This document shows, piece by piece, positions 46,459 through 60,146 of a DNA stretch of 64,000 nucleotides. The position numbers were made by a program, and so were the translations under genes. The stretch comes from Curvularia clavata. Its lineage: Eukaryota. The stretch lies in NCBI GenBank assembly GCA_023920165.1, contig CP089279.1, positions 2,666,001 through 2,730,000 on the forward strand. Reading direction: 5' to 3'. The notes beneath the pieces are model-generated. The model did not search any database, was not told the origin of the DNA, and was given only the letters and a program-made list of their open reading frames with translations. Each line of letters begins with the position of its first letter. Positions within the stretch are counted from its first letter, which is position 1.

Positions 46459-47573
46459 AGATTAAGCCTCGGTTCCGCAATCATAGCTAGATTAAGTGCC
46501 TCTGCCATCGGGCGCCTCGCCAACGCTGGGCCATATCGTGATTGTCGCTTATGCAACCCAATGCAGTCCCAGCCTTCTGTGCTTCCGTATATTTTCTTCT
46601 CTGCACATCCCTGCCGCTTGCGCTGCGTAGTCACGTTGAAACGTCACGCCAAAACACCGCATTGACCACGTCATATAGTTTTGCAATATCCCATACACGC
46701 CGCGTGATCTTAGCCTGCCCGACATTGCGACCATAGTATCAGATGCATCATGACGACGTCCGTTCCGGCGGGGATTATGTACTCAGCTCGATATAGAGGC
46801 CGCTTTGTGGGGAACATGCCATTTGACCGGTTGTTGGGGCCCAAAAGTTACCGACCTAGACTACTGCCAGCCATAGTGATATCTCCCCACCAGACCAGAT
46901 GAGTACGGAAGTAGGCGAGCCGTCCACCCCCCAACTCGGGCTCACCTCAGAAAGGTGTTCTAGGACGGTACGGAGTGGAGGCTGGAGTGAGACAAGGGCT
47001 CCACACGTAATGGACAGTCTGTTGTGGCGCGCCGATGTGTTTACGGAGATTGGTACCGGATACTCCAGAATGTGCGTTCAATTTTGGAAATAGTAGTGTT
47101 TGCAGCGAATCGATGACCACTCATCCCCCCTTCCGATGAAACAGGCGTGCGCCTCTTTGCCTGCTCCGGGCTTTTCTTGATAAGTACCCTTTCTCAAGGT
47201 TCGCTCTCGCTCTCTCTCTCCAAGTCTGACTTTGGTTGTCGACTATTCATCGTTCCGTCTTCTCCCGCTTACTCTTAGTCAGAACACAGACTCTGTATAC
47301 GTGAAAGAAGGTTCTTTTTCGGCAAGTGCACTGTCAGATTTACCTAGTGAAGATCGCTAGTAAGCCTCCTTAGAGTTCCACTTTTGTTATTCTTGTACTG
47401 ATGTCGATGTGCAGCCAAATACCTACTGGGAATACCAGTGTTCGGTTACTGAACACCTTGTGCTCTTGCAAAGTTCAGTAGACGTCACTCGTTCTTTTCC
47501 CTTTTTCCTCTTTTATATCTCCAAGTCCTCTCTCTTTTTTGGATTTTGGTATTGTAATTGTACATTTCTTACC

Positions 47574-49500
47574 ATGTCGTCCACACCGAACAGCAACCTT
47601 TCCGACAGCCGGAGCCTCAGTTCCATCGATGAGGCTGAAAAGGGCATGTACGATAGTACACTGGAGCTCACAGCACCTGGCTTCGTATACATGGATCCGA
47701 AAAAGCAATCCCTTGCACCTACACCAGCACTTCCAGTTTCTCCAGTGCACCAGGGCATAACACCTTGTGCGAGCGTACCAGAATTGACATTGCCAGCCGG
47801 GGAGAAACCGAATGGTGCCGCTGAAGTCAAGACAACAGTCAAAGGGCCAGTGACTGATAAGCCGCGGAAACCGAAGACCAGTCGATGGGTTCTCTTCACG
47901 CTCTGGTTCAACACGTACCGAAAGTTCTTCACATTCGTTACTTTGCTCAACCTCACGGGCATCATCTTGGCAGCATGCGGTCGCTTTCCCTACGCCGAGA
48001 ACCATCTCGGTGCTCTTGTGCTAGGAAATTTGCTCTGTGCAATCCTCATGCGGAATGAGCTGTGGATGCGCTTTTTGTACATGGTTGCCATTTATGGTCT
48101 GAGCGTGTGTATGCCCTTGCTCCTTCGTACACATCCATCACTGACCTGTTTGAACAGTGGACACCAATACCTGTGAAGCTGGCAGTGGTATCTATACTGC
48201 AACATGTTGGAGGTATCCACTCTGGATGCGCGCTATCCGGTGCTGCGTAAGTGAACACAACTTGTCTAACAAAGAGCTGTACTGACACTCGGCGTAGTTG
48301 GCTCATCTACAAGGTCGTCGACATCATCAGATACCGCGCTGTGCAGCATCCCGCTATAATTGCGAGCGGCATCATCACTAATGTTTTCATTATCATTTCT
48401 GTCTTGAGTGCTTTCCCTTGGGTTCGGAAGTAAGTCGACGGACACATCACTTCAGACACATCCGCTTACGTCGTACTCAGCACCTATCACAACGTCTTTG
48501 AAAGACACCACCGTTTTGTCGGATGGCTAGGTCTTGCAGTATGTGATTCAAGATGTCACCTCAGAAAGGATACATGCTGACGACCTCCAGATGACATGGG
48601 TCTTTGTGATCATGAGCAACACCTACGACATCAAGCGCGGCGAATGGCGCAGAGACTCTCACAGCCTTCTCAGCGTCCAAGAGCTCTGGTTCGCCGTCTT
48701 CATGACCATCTTGTCCGTTCCCCTTTCACCCAGAAATACCATCCACCGCTAACCCCTCCTCAGCGTCCTCATCCCCTGGGTTACCCTCCGCGAAGTCCCC
48801 GTCGAAGTCGAAATCCCCTCGCCCAAAGTTGCCGTTCTCAAGTTTGAGCGCGGCATGCAGCAAGGTTTACTCGGCCGCATCAGCCGCACATCCGTCATGG
48901 AGTACCACGCCTTTGGCATCATCAGCGAAGGCCGCAAGTCCGGCTGCCACTACATGATCTGCGGCGTCCAGGGTGACTTCACACGCGGCCTTGTTGCCAA
49001 CCCCCCGAAAACCGTGTGGACCCGCCAACTCAAATTTGGTACGTCATTTATCTACTTGCAACTCCCCCCAGACCCCCAATATTCCATGTACATGAATACT
49101 AACGAAACACTCCGTCCCCACAGCCGGCCCCGGTCACGCCTCCGCCATGTTCAATCGCGGCATCCGTATCTGTACCGGCACAGGTATCGGCGCCGCTCTC
49201 TCCACCTGCATCCAGTCGCCCAACTGGTTCCTCATCTGGATCGGATCGGACCAGGAGCGCACATTTGGACCTACCGTCGCGGGCCTCATTCACAAGCACA
49301 TCGAGCCTGAGCGCATGATCCTCTGGGATAGCAAGAAACGTGGTGGTCGACCCGATACGATGGCTTTGCTGAGAGAGACGTGGAAGAGCTTTGGTGCAGA
49401 GGTTATTTTTATTACGAGTAATAAGCAAGGAAATGATGAGATGATGAGGGGTTGCAAGGAGGAAGGAATGCATGCGTTTGGGACGTTGTGGGATTTTTAA
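47574..49500 (+). CDS. Ferric-reductase-like transmembrane protein with FAD/NAD(P)H-binding tail (NPS12-type C-terminal module, no adenylation domain)
   Basis: Seven exons (introns near 48106, 48247, 48430, 48539, 48713 and 49039). WFNTYRKFF, ILMRNE, GGIHSGCA, HNVFERHHRFVGW, EYHAFG, GDFT, CTGTGIG, FITSN, GTLWDF. A 5'UTR intron at 47360-47414 is likely. Confidence 0.8.
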
Positions 49501-51567
49501 GAGGGGGTTCGACGATGAAGATGGTTGTAGCAAGCGTTTTTTGGTTCTTGAGATGAGTATCTTTGGTGTTTCTTTTTTTTTCTCTCTCTGAGCATTTTTA
49601 CCTGGCGTTTATATCTTACTTCTCGCTGTTACTTTTTGGATGTTCAGAAGTATTTCTTCCTTTTGTATCTTCATCATATCATCATATCTCTCCTTCCCTT
49701 TCGGACTTGATACACGGCCTTTTTTGTAAGTAGATATTAGAACGCTGCATATATACAGTCATGGTTCATAGTTGCATACGCATTTTCTCTTCCTTCATGC
49801 TGTTAAGTGCGCGAAATATTTCTTGCATGTTTCATACCTCATATGTGCATGAGTAGATATGTTGTTCTCGCTCGCAGCGTTCAACCCTGTTGTTCGTACC
49901 CAGACGCACTGGTTGTCTCAAGATAGCTAAAAACAACAACAGGACTAGACTCCGCTCCCCACAGTTTCTCTAAGAATACACCAAACAAGTTGCTAGAACG
50001 TGGGTTCCTCGTATCACCATTCATCGCAACGCCGAAACTCTCTTCCTCCAAGTCGTCAAAGAAATCTCCATATACTCACGGCCATGGCTCCGAAAAGCCA
50101 ATTCTAATCGTCGGAAGCGCAGATGCAAAACGCAGACGCATCTTTCCATGTCGATGAGCCCTCCTCATCAAGATCAGGCAAACACATACGCGCATACACA
50201 TCGTCATCACCACATAGCACAGCCTCTCGCCTATCTGTCGTTTTACTGCCCAACCTACTTTCCCCAACGCACCCACCACCTCAAAACCACGTACATCTTC
50301 CCCGGCCCCACTTGCCTCGTCTCAATCTATCCACGCACGGGTGGAAAGACGCTATCGAAAGACGTGCAGTGATGCGGTAGATTAAATGTGGGCGCGAAGG
50401 TTCTAGTGGGGGGGTCTGAAGTACGAGTGGCGTTTTGGAAGACTGAGGGACCCGCTTTCGAGGGTGGGATGGGGAAGATGGGAGGGTATGTCACTGCCAG
50501 GTATGCAAACGGATAAGGGAAGGTTTTGCGTTGCTTAGCGCGGCTGTAGAAAGATTGGATACGTGCCCTGGCTGAATGTATGTGTATCTGCAACCGGGTA
50601 TTCGGGAACAACAAGAGTCTGCCTCACGCGACGTCATGACGGAGAGCAGGTGCAAGCGCAAGGGTTAGTGTGGGGGGAGGGAGCAAGAAATGATGTAGTT
50701 CATCCTTAGAAAGTAAAGTTTGCCCAAGTTGCGGGAAGTCGGGAAGTCGGGCGCGTAGATCCGGGAGTAATTAAGGTACCGATTTATTGCTTTCTTGGCT
50801 TCTCTTTTCTTCTCATCTTGCGTAAGTTTGAGTTTGTTTAGGAGGGTCCACTGACGTATGATCTGGATCGTGGTCTAGAAGGGCGTTGCTTCTGGAAGAT
50901 GACCAGTATAAAGTTATGGGAGATGAAGGGTTTTTAACCAAGGTTGAGCAGGAATTGTTTGCTTTTGTACAAGACACAGACGTGATGCCGAGAGAACCGC
51001 CTATGTTCTTTGGTTACAGTGAGCTGTGAAGGCGATCCAGGGGTTGATGAAGTTTACTTTTTTCTTCCTGTCCTGATGAATGAAAAAAGTCTATCGTGCA
51101 GCGATCGAAATCTTGTTGCACCTTGAACCCTGATGAGCAAAAAGCTGCTCATGTTCTTACACGCAGTTACTTGCATGGCGCATTCTTTGGGTTTTTTGAT
51201 CACGCAACGCAACACACTGCTGCCAAATTACTTGAATTTTCCGTCCCTCATCGGTAGAGCACGATTCCCGGTAACTGGAAGCGACAATCCTCTCGCCATG
51301 CAACAAACAATACGGCACTGGCCACGCGATGGCGGGGGTCCTGCTATGTCCGTAACGCGTGGCAATGCCGTCAAGTGTCCCGAAGTATGCATGCGCAATA
51401 CCGCGGTTGCATGTCTCTAATGAGGTTAGAGTTCTTGATGCGGATGATGCCGAATGCGGTTACACCAGTTAAACAACCACAAACGTTGCAAAGTGGGGCA
51501 TACACGGCTCATTGAAATTGAGAATATAATTCGTTAAAATGGGAATCTTTTCATCACAAGAGCCAAC

Positions 51568-51677
51568 GACAAGATGGCCGAGCGGTTAAGGCGCATGACT
51601 CAAGCGAAAGCTTTCCCCCTCAGCGAGGAAGTGTTCATGTAGAGAAATCTGCGTGGGTTCGAGTCCCACTCTTGTCA
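51568..51677 (+). tRNA. tRNA-Leu (anticodon CAA) with ~29-nt intron (51605-51633)
   Basis: Acceptor GACAAGA/TCTTGTC, A box TGGCCGAGCGG, CATGA-CTCAAG[intron]T-TCATG anticodon arm, long variable arm AGA-GAAA-TCT, B box GGTTCGAGTCC, downstream T6. Confidence 0.96.
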
Positions 51678-52615
51678 TCATCTTTTTTGTTATTCTTTTT
51701 GCCTCGAGGAAGGTGCAGCAGCATGTGTAGCAGGTAGGCATACTGGGAGGCATGACCAAATTTTTGTTGACTCGGAATCGTTGATGCAAACGATTCGCAA
51801 CTGTGAAGCAGAGACCGAGGAGGAACATCACCTGGTATCTGTATCGATACGCCATTCATGGAGCAGAAGAGTGTTAAGAAACAGTGGTATTTGTGTATGT
51901 AAACTACGACTGAGAAGGAAACGCAGTGGACTAGAAAAGAAGCAGCAGCACGATATAGACAAGAAGCTGCGGCGTAACATACGAAATTGGGCCACGCACA
52001 TGGAACAGCACAAGGCATCGGGGTTCCTGCAGCGTCGATCTCGAGGTGGCGTCCGACACCTGACTGATGCACCACCAGGTTGATGCAGTAGCCAGAGTAA
52101 GAAGTTGCACAACAACGAGAACAAGGGATGTAGTGGCTACGGAATATGGGCGGAGGCAGGTATACCGAGAAGAAAGAGAAAGAGACAAGGACAAAGTAAA
52201 ATAAGGCTGTAATATTTCGTATGAGAAGAAGCAAAAGACCAGAAGAAGTTGAATATAACAGTAGTAGTAGTAGCAGTAGCAGCAACACAAGCGAAATCAG
52301 AACGCCAAACCCAGCCGCGAGGCTTTCCAGTTTAAGCAAGTAGAGGAAATGTCGTGTGTCCGCGAGGACGTTGTGTGTCTGTTTGTCTTTTCGTGATGGT
52401 GTGGCAAGGGATAAATATGTGGAGAAGAAGGGAAGGGAGGTGAGGTGAGGTGAGGGGCAGGGTGGATGTGGGTGTGGGTGTGTCGGGTGGGTGGGTTCGA
52501 CAACACTGTTTCTGATGGTAGTACTTTGCGGGCCCAGCTCGCTGGATCCCGTTTTCTCCAACCAACCTCCTCCGCCTCGCTCCCTTCCTCCCTTGTCTCT
52601 TTTTTTGGGCTCAAT

Positions 52616-53116
52616 TCATATGCGGCGGTCCAGGCGGTCGACGCGCGCCTTGAAGCTTTTTACAATCTCGCCGATGCGCCGTACTTTGTCGAATTCGACC
52701 TGGAGCTCGTCGATTTCGCGGAGGATGGCACGGAAGCGGGCGATTTCGGCGTCGGCCATTTGCATGGCGTTGCCTGCGCGGTCGTACTGCATTTGGGTTG
52801 CTGTTTGTGTCTGTTGGGTGAGCTGGGGAGCGGAGGTGGGTTAGCTTGTGTATGCTGCTTGGTGCTGTTCCTCCGAGCCAGAGCAGAGGGAGAGACTCAC
52901 ATACTGCCAGCGCTGCTGGATGGAATACATTAAACGATCAAAGTGGGCGCTGAGCGCCTGCAAACTAGAAGGATCCAGGAGGAGACGGCCCTGGCTAGAG
53001 GCGTGAGAAGCAGCGCGCGAGGAATTGGAGCCCTGCTGCGAGGCGGCAATTTGCTGCTGAAGAAATCTGCTCTCGCTCGAGTTGAGGCCCAGTTCAGACA
53101 CTGGGATGGCAGACAT
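52616..53116 (-). CDS. CNL1: BLOC-1 subunit Cnl1 (cappuccino/BLOS4-like) coiled-coil protein
   Basis: Exons 53116-52901 and 52822-52616. MSAIPVSELGL...GRLLLDPSSLQALSAHFDRL...QYDRAGNAMQMADAEIARF...IDELQVEFDKVRRIGEIVKSFKARV. Confidence 0.75.
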
Positions 53117-54420
53117 GTGCACATAATTATCTTAAGAACATGGTCGGTCGGATGGAACCCTTCTGGCTTTGCTTTCTCCCCTGTGGATGTGCGTGTGTAG
53201 GATTGGTGTGTGTGACGCCCTGGAAAGCTCAATGCTTGGGACGGTAGCAATTGTTACTAGTGGGCTCTGGAGCTGCTGGGCAACGTTACGATATCCATGC
53301 GTCGAGGAGGGAATGGGGACGGAGGAATATGCACGCTGATGTTGTTTAGGGATCATGGAAGGCGCGGCTGAGAGGGCCCGCCAAGTGGCCGCCGGCTACC
53401 TCTCACCAACAACCTTACCTCGCCCACTACCACCCACACATGTCACCCCCGGAAAAGCAAAGACCTGCGAACGCCCAACTATCCCACACCCTCATCTCCT
53501 CTTAGCCGGCTGCAGCCCTACGTCCTGCCGCCCGAGTCCCGACCGCGTGTGCAGCACTCGTTGTGCACTTGGTGCTGCACCGGTTCTGATGCGCGACACG
53601 GCGCGTATCGCAACGAGCGAGCATAGCCGTCTGCAAGCCCCTCCCTACTCTCCTACTCTTACTCTTTCACTTTGGTCCACTCGCCGAACCACCATGGCCA
53701 TTGTGCTTTTTTGTGCACCCACCATCTAGGTGCTGTGCCGTCCAGGCGCGGCCCACTGACTCCGCATGCACACCCTCTTGATCCCCCCGCGACAAGGATG
53801 TCTTTGATTGTGCCGTCAGGTTCATGGGTGAATGTCGACCCCACCAGCTCCCATGAGGGAGGGGGTGTACACAACTCCCGGCCGGGACCATCGACGAACC
53901 ACATGCAGAAGGTGACAATGCTCTGGGGGCAACGTGATGAGAATCTGCCGCTGGGCTTGAAAACCAACAACCTCGTCTCAAGCAAAGCATTTCAAGTGGC
54001 TTTCACAAAAGAGCACAAGATGTGCCGAGGCAACAAGGCCCCCCCTGGACACACACCAGACCTTCTTCATGGATGTAGACAGGATACGCGACTTATCACA
54101 CGTCCGTGACAGAGCGCTTGTTCCTGTCACATCTTTGACATGCTTCAACTGTATCCTTGACACCTGGTATCAATAGTCAAACTTTGTTTCATAAGTGAAC
54201 AACGATTCATATTTTCCCACATTAACTCCCGGCCTAGGGTATCCTGCTAAAGAAAAAAAGGAGAGAGCTGGTTCGCTCATGTTCGTCCAAGTCGTCATAT
54301 AGTTACAGGTAAAGTGGAAGAAAAGGAAAAAAAGGGGGTATATACACCAAAGCCTACCAACGCTATGCACAACAGGGGGAAGAAAAGGAAAACTGCAAAC
54401 GGTCTTATGACCAACGCTCT

Positions 54421-56990
54421 TTACAAAGCATAATTTTCGGCGTGAAGGAAAATCTCGTCACGTCCACTGTCACTCCACACGCTTCTTTGCAACTGCGCAA
54501 CCGTCTCACTGACGCTGATGCGCATGGCCGGTGGCCCGCAAACAAACACGCAGGTACGCCTGCCAAAGTTTCGACTGAGGCCTTTGAGCAAGTATGGTAT
54601 ATCCGGGCGTCCGTATTCTGTGCTCCATCCGTCCTTCTTCTTGACGGCAGCGGGCAAGAACGCGAAGCGCATCAAGTTCTTTTGGAACTCGGTGGGTGTA
54701 GAGGGGAATCCAAAGTCGAATCCTTGTGTAGTCTCCACAGGGTTGTGGACGATACTAGGGGCTATGGCTCCAGACCCGGCTGAAATGGCCTGTGAAATGT
54801 CGAGAGAGAGGTTACGGTCCTGACGACGAGCGGCCAGTCCGCGTGGCGCGGGGGCAATCACGTCGGGGTTAGAACTATTTGCTGACTCGGCGGAGTTGCG
54901 GCCGTTGTTGTAGCCGGGGCGCGGTGGGGCTAGATGACCCCTGTTGACGGGCAACAAGTGTGCCTGTGGGAGCGCGGTGATGTTGTCTTCGTTCTCACGT
55001 CTAAGTTCATACTCCTTCTCTGGGTCGCCTTGTGCTTCGTCGCGGATAAGAGCCGAGTGTCGCTTAGACGAAATGCCCGACAAGCGGTGTTCAGCAATGT
55101 TCTGGAAAGCGTCGTTGACCTTGTCGTGAAAGTAAAGCGACACTGGACGGGTGGGTGTCTTTGCACTAACCAGTCCACCAGCGGGGTTGCGCTTTGCTGC
55201 AGTAATGTAGAACTGGCATTCTACTGTCTCAGGCGGTGCGAATTCTCGGCAGATGCGAAGTTCTTCTTTGAACCACTCCATGGTCTCAGGACGCTTGAGG
55301 GCCCAGATGACATGGATCTTGCGCGTGACTGCCTTACCATCGCGCATCTTCTTGATCAATGATAGAAGCTGAGAGACAATGGCTGTAATGCCACTGCCGC
55401 CGGCGATGAGCACAACATCATCAAAGGCTTCAATACGTCGTTGCATGCCTCCGTAAGGGCCATCGATGAAAGCTCGGTAGGTATGCCACGGGCCGTGGTC
55501 GAGCGCGTTTTCGAGAACCTTGCGAGTGAAGCCGCCAAACGGTCGGAAGACCAAGACCATGTCGCGGTATCCCTCACCGTATTCAGAAGGAAAGTCTTCG
55601 CTGCAGAGCGAGGCGATGGTGAAAGGGTGGTTTTCGAACACTGAAATGCCAGGCATGCGGAGGTAGACATATTGTCCAGGTCTCCACGTCATCTGAGTCG
55701 GGATGGTGACCTTGATGGCGTTTTCCGGCATAAGTGTCACGGCAGCCTCATCACCAATGAGCCAAGATAGACGTCCAGGGCGAGTCCAGTTGAGGTAAAA
55801 GAGCCGCATAAAGTATGAAGTTATCCAGATGGCAAGGGTCGAGAGGAGATAATGCCACGATGTGAGGTAGTTATTGCAATGCCAGAACATCATGCCCAGG
55901 AAGACGATGGAAACGGGCACGTGGAGCGCCACAAAGAGCTCGTATATTCGATGGCGGAGAGGTGCGATTGAATGTGTACAAAGAAAGCAAAGGGGAACAA
56001 GTGCTGCGATACCTGGAATCTGTCAGTTTGCATCATGTGACCACTCGGAATAGTAAATGTACCTGTGCCATAGATGTACATTCCTTCACGCTGTTGGAAC
56101 AGCTGCTGGAAAGATGCTCGTGCGCCCTTTTCCCAGACTGGAGTGATGTAAAAGGGGACAGTGTGCAAGATGCTAAGCAGAAGGCAGATGTATGCCGCCC
56201 ACCTGTGTAGCACATTCAATCGCTCGTGGCTGATACCGGTCACCATCGAGATAAGGTTTGCCTTCATCGCAAGAGCGACAATCCAAGGCATCAGGGCGAC
56301 AGCCATCATACCAGAACGGACCGCCAATGGAGGGGAGCCATAGGCAATACTTTCCCAGAACAGTGGCTGAGGGAGGGTGCAGTAGAGAATTCCTAGGGCT
56401 AAAGCAAGGAATACTATCACGCAAATAGCCAAAGAGGGAAAGACAATGGGCCTCCATCCTTTTTTGATCTGGATCTGTGGTGTCGGGCGGTAGAAGATGA
56501 ACCGGAAGAAGGCGACCATGTTGTTGATTGGGCTCACTGAAGAAACGCTAGACTGCTGTTTTGGCACACTTGGTAGCGGGCCTTCGCGAGGAAAGAACTT
56601 CATGGTGGACTTGTCAGTATCAAGTACTGATAGTTCGTAGTCTGTGGCAGGAGAAGATGTTTTCGAAGACTGTAATACCTCTTCTTGATGGAGCGCGGTC
56701 CGGATCTTGTCCGTGAATAGGTGGTAGTACCGCATGAGCGCTGCAATGACGAGCAGAGGTATGCAAAAGTAGACGTATGCAAGCGCATATTTGCCACTCT
56801 TGCTCCATGGATCAACTGTGTTGGCTTGTATCAAACCAGCTGGGCTTGTGCTGTTAAACGGGATGTTGATCCGTCGAAATAACGTTGAGACGGACTGTAC
56901 AACGTCCCGCTCGGCGTGCGACACAATGACACCTAGTTGTTCCATGGCCATGCCCGTCCGCGCCACGAGGGCTTCCCGTAGGGCTGGCAT
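54421..56990 (-). CDS. Ferric/cupric reductase (FRE family metalloreductase)
   Basis: Exons 56990-56063 and 56012-54421. Heme His pairs (LNVLHRW...SILHT; ALHVP...FWHC), WRPGQYVYL, HPFTI, IDGPYG, LIAGGSGIT, VFVCGP, LHAENY. Confidence 0.93.
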
Positions 56991-59900
56991 TTTCGAATCG
57001 TAACGCGTGTTCGCAATAATCGGTGTGGTGTTTGTTTCGTAGATCACCTCTGCCAGCAGAAGTCGGAACTCGACAGTAAGGCGTCCTGGGCCGGCGGGTA
57101 ATGACTTTGGGGGAACGGTCGCTTAAAGAACATCCGGGGTCCTGTTTCTACATGGAAAACCAGGTGAACGGTCGTGTATTGTGATAATGCGCTCCTGTGG
57201 CGCAGCGGAGACTCAATCCAGGATTGATATTATGCCGTGGCGGAAAGGATCCCGTGCAACAAGAAGCTAGTTCCACCTCTTGTTTTGCTTTGCGATGATG
57301 GTATTAGGTGCAAATACTCGCAACATCCGTCTAGACGCAGACCGGAGTGTACATTCTGATGGACAGATAACGTGCGCGAGCAGGAGCTCGGTTCCTTAAG
57401 TCCTGTGGCCAAGTGGGGTGCGGGTGACTCGCAGGGATACTAGGGCTGTCGTATCGTGGCAGCAAATGGAGAATGATATTCTACCGCTCACCAGAATCCA
57501 CGCTATTGGGCCAAGGTGTGATTGCCAGTCCGGGCCGGGGGTTGCTCAAAAGGGAATTAGAGAGCCTAAAGCGCGCCGTCACATTTGCAACCTGCAGCAA
57601 CACACATTGGATTATGAGAGGCCTTTGCAGCCATTGCCGCAATATGCTTTATGCACAGGGGCCTGGGCGGTGACTGGACTGGACTGGCGAGCAGCGGACC
57701 GGCTAGGAAGCGGACCGATCTTAATCTTCCCTTTTCAAGCGGGAGGGTACTGGTACTCGCGGGAGCACTGAGTCGTGCTATTCCATCGCTGATCGCTCCT
57801 GAGGTACGCCCAACGTCGAGGAGCTGTAGCACGACGCTCATTTCACGTCGTGTTCATGGCCGTCTTCCATCTCATGTGAGACCTTTCATCATGTCGGGGC
57901 CGCAGCACAATCCTGCTCATCTGTCCAGGGTCCTTAGCGTCGTCGTCGAGGCAGCACGACAGCAGCCGCAGTCGTATCACAGCCTCTAGGGCTCCCGCCT
58001 GTCGGTAGGCAAGCTCCGCTTGGTGGATTAGTGGATATCAACAGGGCTGTTCTTTCGTTCGCATGACCGTAGGATGGACGAATAGGAATAACTGGGCCCT
58101 GAAGGCCTTACCGAGGGTGCTTGCAGCCATGCACGGGAAAAGCGATGCTGTGGAGCGGGGTGTCGTGGTGTTGCGAGTCTTTCACTGGACGACGATCGAC
58201 AATCTAAGCGCCGGCCATCCTCACTGGGACTAGTGCATAACCAAGCTTTCCGTGACCCGCTCGAGTTACCACATGCAATCCTGGTTGGCTGCAAACCTTC
58301 ATTCAGCATGGCACACCGTCCAGTGCTGAGATGCACTACCTACAGCGTTGAGCTCGCCGCAAGTCTCGGCAAATTTCTTGAAAAGTAATTGGAATACACA
58401 GAAACGGCGTTGATCTTGTGGCCCTGGCCCGCTTCGGTGGCTCTCTCCCAACGCACTAACGGATGCCCCCATTGCGAAATCTCTTGTTTTGAGCCTGGAT
58501 TCGCCAAACAAGCATCAAGCGGTCACATATCGGCATCAAGTTCTCATTCTGGTCCGAGACGGTGACCGTGACGGTCATGATTCATACGATGCAGTCATCA
58601 TCTCGAGTCTAGGTTCCAGCACGGTCCTGACATTGCGTCAGTGGCCCAAGATCCGACCATTCGCATTTACTGTATACACAAACAGCTAAACACATAGTCC
58701 ATTGCCGAACTCTTGTTAGCCGCTCTCTGGACCCCTTTGAGGCCGCCCCGCACGTTAACGCACATGGAATATGCCTAACCGCCAGCCCTACCATCTCATT
58801 ATGTTCAGGGCGATTCGTTTAGGGCTGGAAACTGTCAGCCCAAAGTGCCGGATTTTCAGGCACAGCTCGCTTTGCACGCTCATTACGCGCTCACCCTCGA
58901 TTAGAGTTGCAGCCACCAGCCCACACTGCGTGAACATGCGCACCCGAAGTGGCAGACCATGCGCACCATGAGCGCTTGGATGATGTCGTGGGCATCTGGA
59001 TGGGTCTGATGGCGCTTCGCCCCTGTTCGAGAAGTGTGCTCATGTTGCTTGCAAACGTTGTAAAGTGTTGCGCAGCAGACGACGTGGGGGTTCGGGCGAG
59101 CCGAGCACGTATACCTTCTGTTCAGTACGGTGACAGCTTCACGAAGCGCCCGCAAGCACAGTAGCAGACGCCCGCTGTCCCCAAAGCGACCACGACTAGT
59201 GCAGTCTGCAATAATAATGCAATAACACTTTGATATGTCAGACTAACGACGCTGCACTCTATCACTACCACCATGACCCAGTCCTTAGTCTCACTATAGG
59301 CCGCCTCACCGGCTGAACGGATGTTTTCGTACTCGACTCTGTTTTAGAACTCGGACCTTGTGTCTCTCTGATACGCAACTTGATCGGGGGCGATAGTCGA
59401 ATCCATCTTACATGCAGGAAACGTTTCGAAACATCCGTCCAATCAGTATACAGCATCGGAGCAAATCAATGCTGTGCGACCCACCTCACGTGCGCTGGCT
59501 CATATATACCCAGCCTCTTGGGCTCTTTTATCTAGCTTTTTTAGTCGCTGCGTGTGGACGCTCCAGACTTCTCCAGACTGGTGACACGCTATCGGAGAGC
59601 TGCCGTGTCACGTTGACGATAAGGCAGTGAGTAGAGCTATTTTTGGCCGACGTTAAGATCTTCACAACGATAGGGGATGTTAGAAGACGTACAGAAAGAT
59701 TTTGAGAAGGACGATTAATTGTTCCTTGAGCTCCTGGTAGTATGAGGGCCTGACAAGCCCTGCTTTGTCTCGGGTAATTGCCATAATTGTAACATGCCGA
59801 ATCGTATGCTGCGAAAGAGACGCAAAGTGGCAGAGCAAACATACCTTTTATGCGTAACGTGGCTGGAAGCAGTCTTGGTACGACACCGCGACTACCTGCC

Positions 59901-60146
59901 CGCCAAGCCAATTTCTGATATGAAATCTCAAAGTGTCATGGAAATGTCTCCGAGTATCGCGGTGAGACACTCAATCAATTATCGCTTATCTTTGCACTTC
60001 AAAGCCATGCTCCATTCACCAGTGCCTTCAACTCTACCCGCGTATTTCTTCTATCTTCATATACAATCGAGAAGAAACAGAAGTTGTCAAAAAGTTAAAC
60101 TTTCTCCCAACTCTCAACCTCCACACATCCCCCATCATTTTTCTGT

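Noticed and set aside
50661..50668. CTAACCCT on the minus strand as a telomerase RNA template
   Set aside because: Only 8 nt, shorter than the TAACCCTAA-type template expected, with no recognisable pseudoknot context.
51073..51155. CTGATGA motifs as hammerhead core or C/D box
   Set aside because: No stem II followed by GAAA and no proper C/D terminal arrangement.
53672..54109. 145-aa ORF between CNL1 and FRE
   Set aside because: No recognisable domain or codon bias; cannot be supported as a gene.
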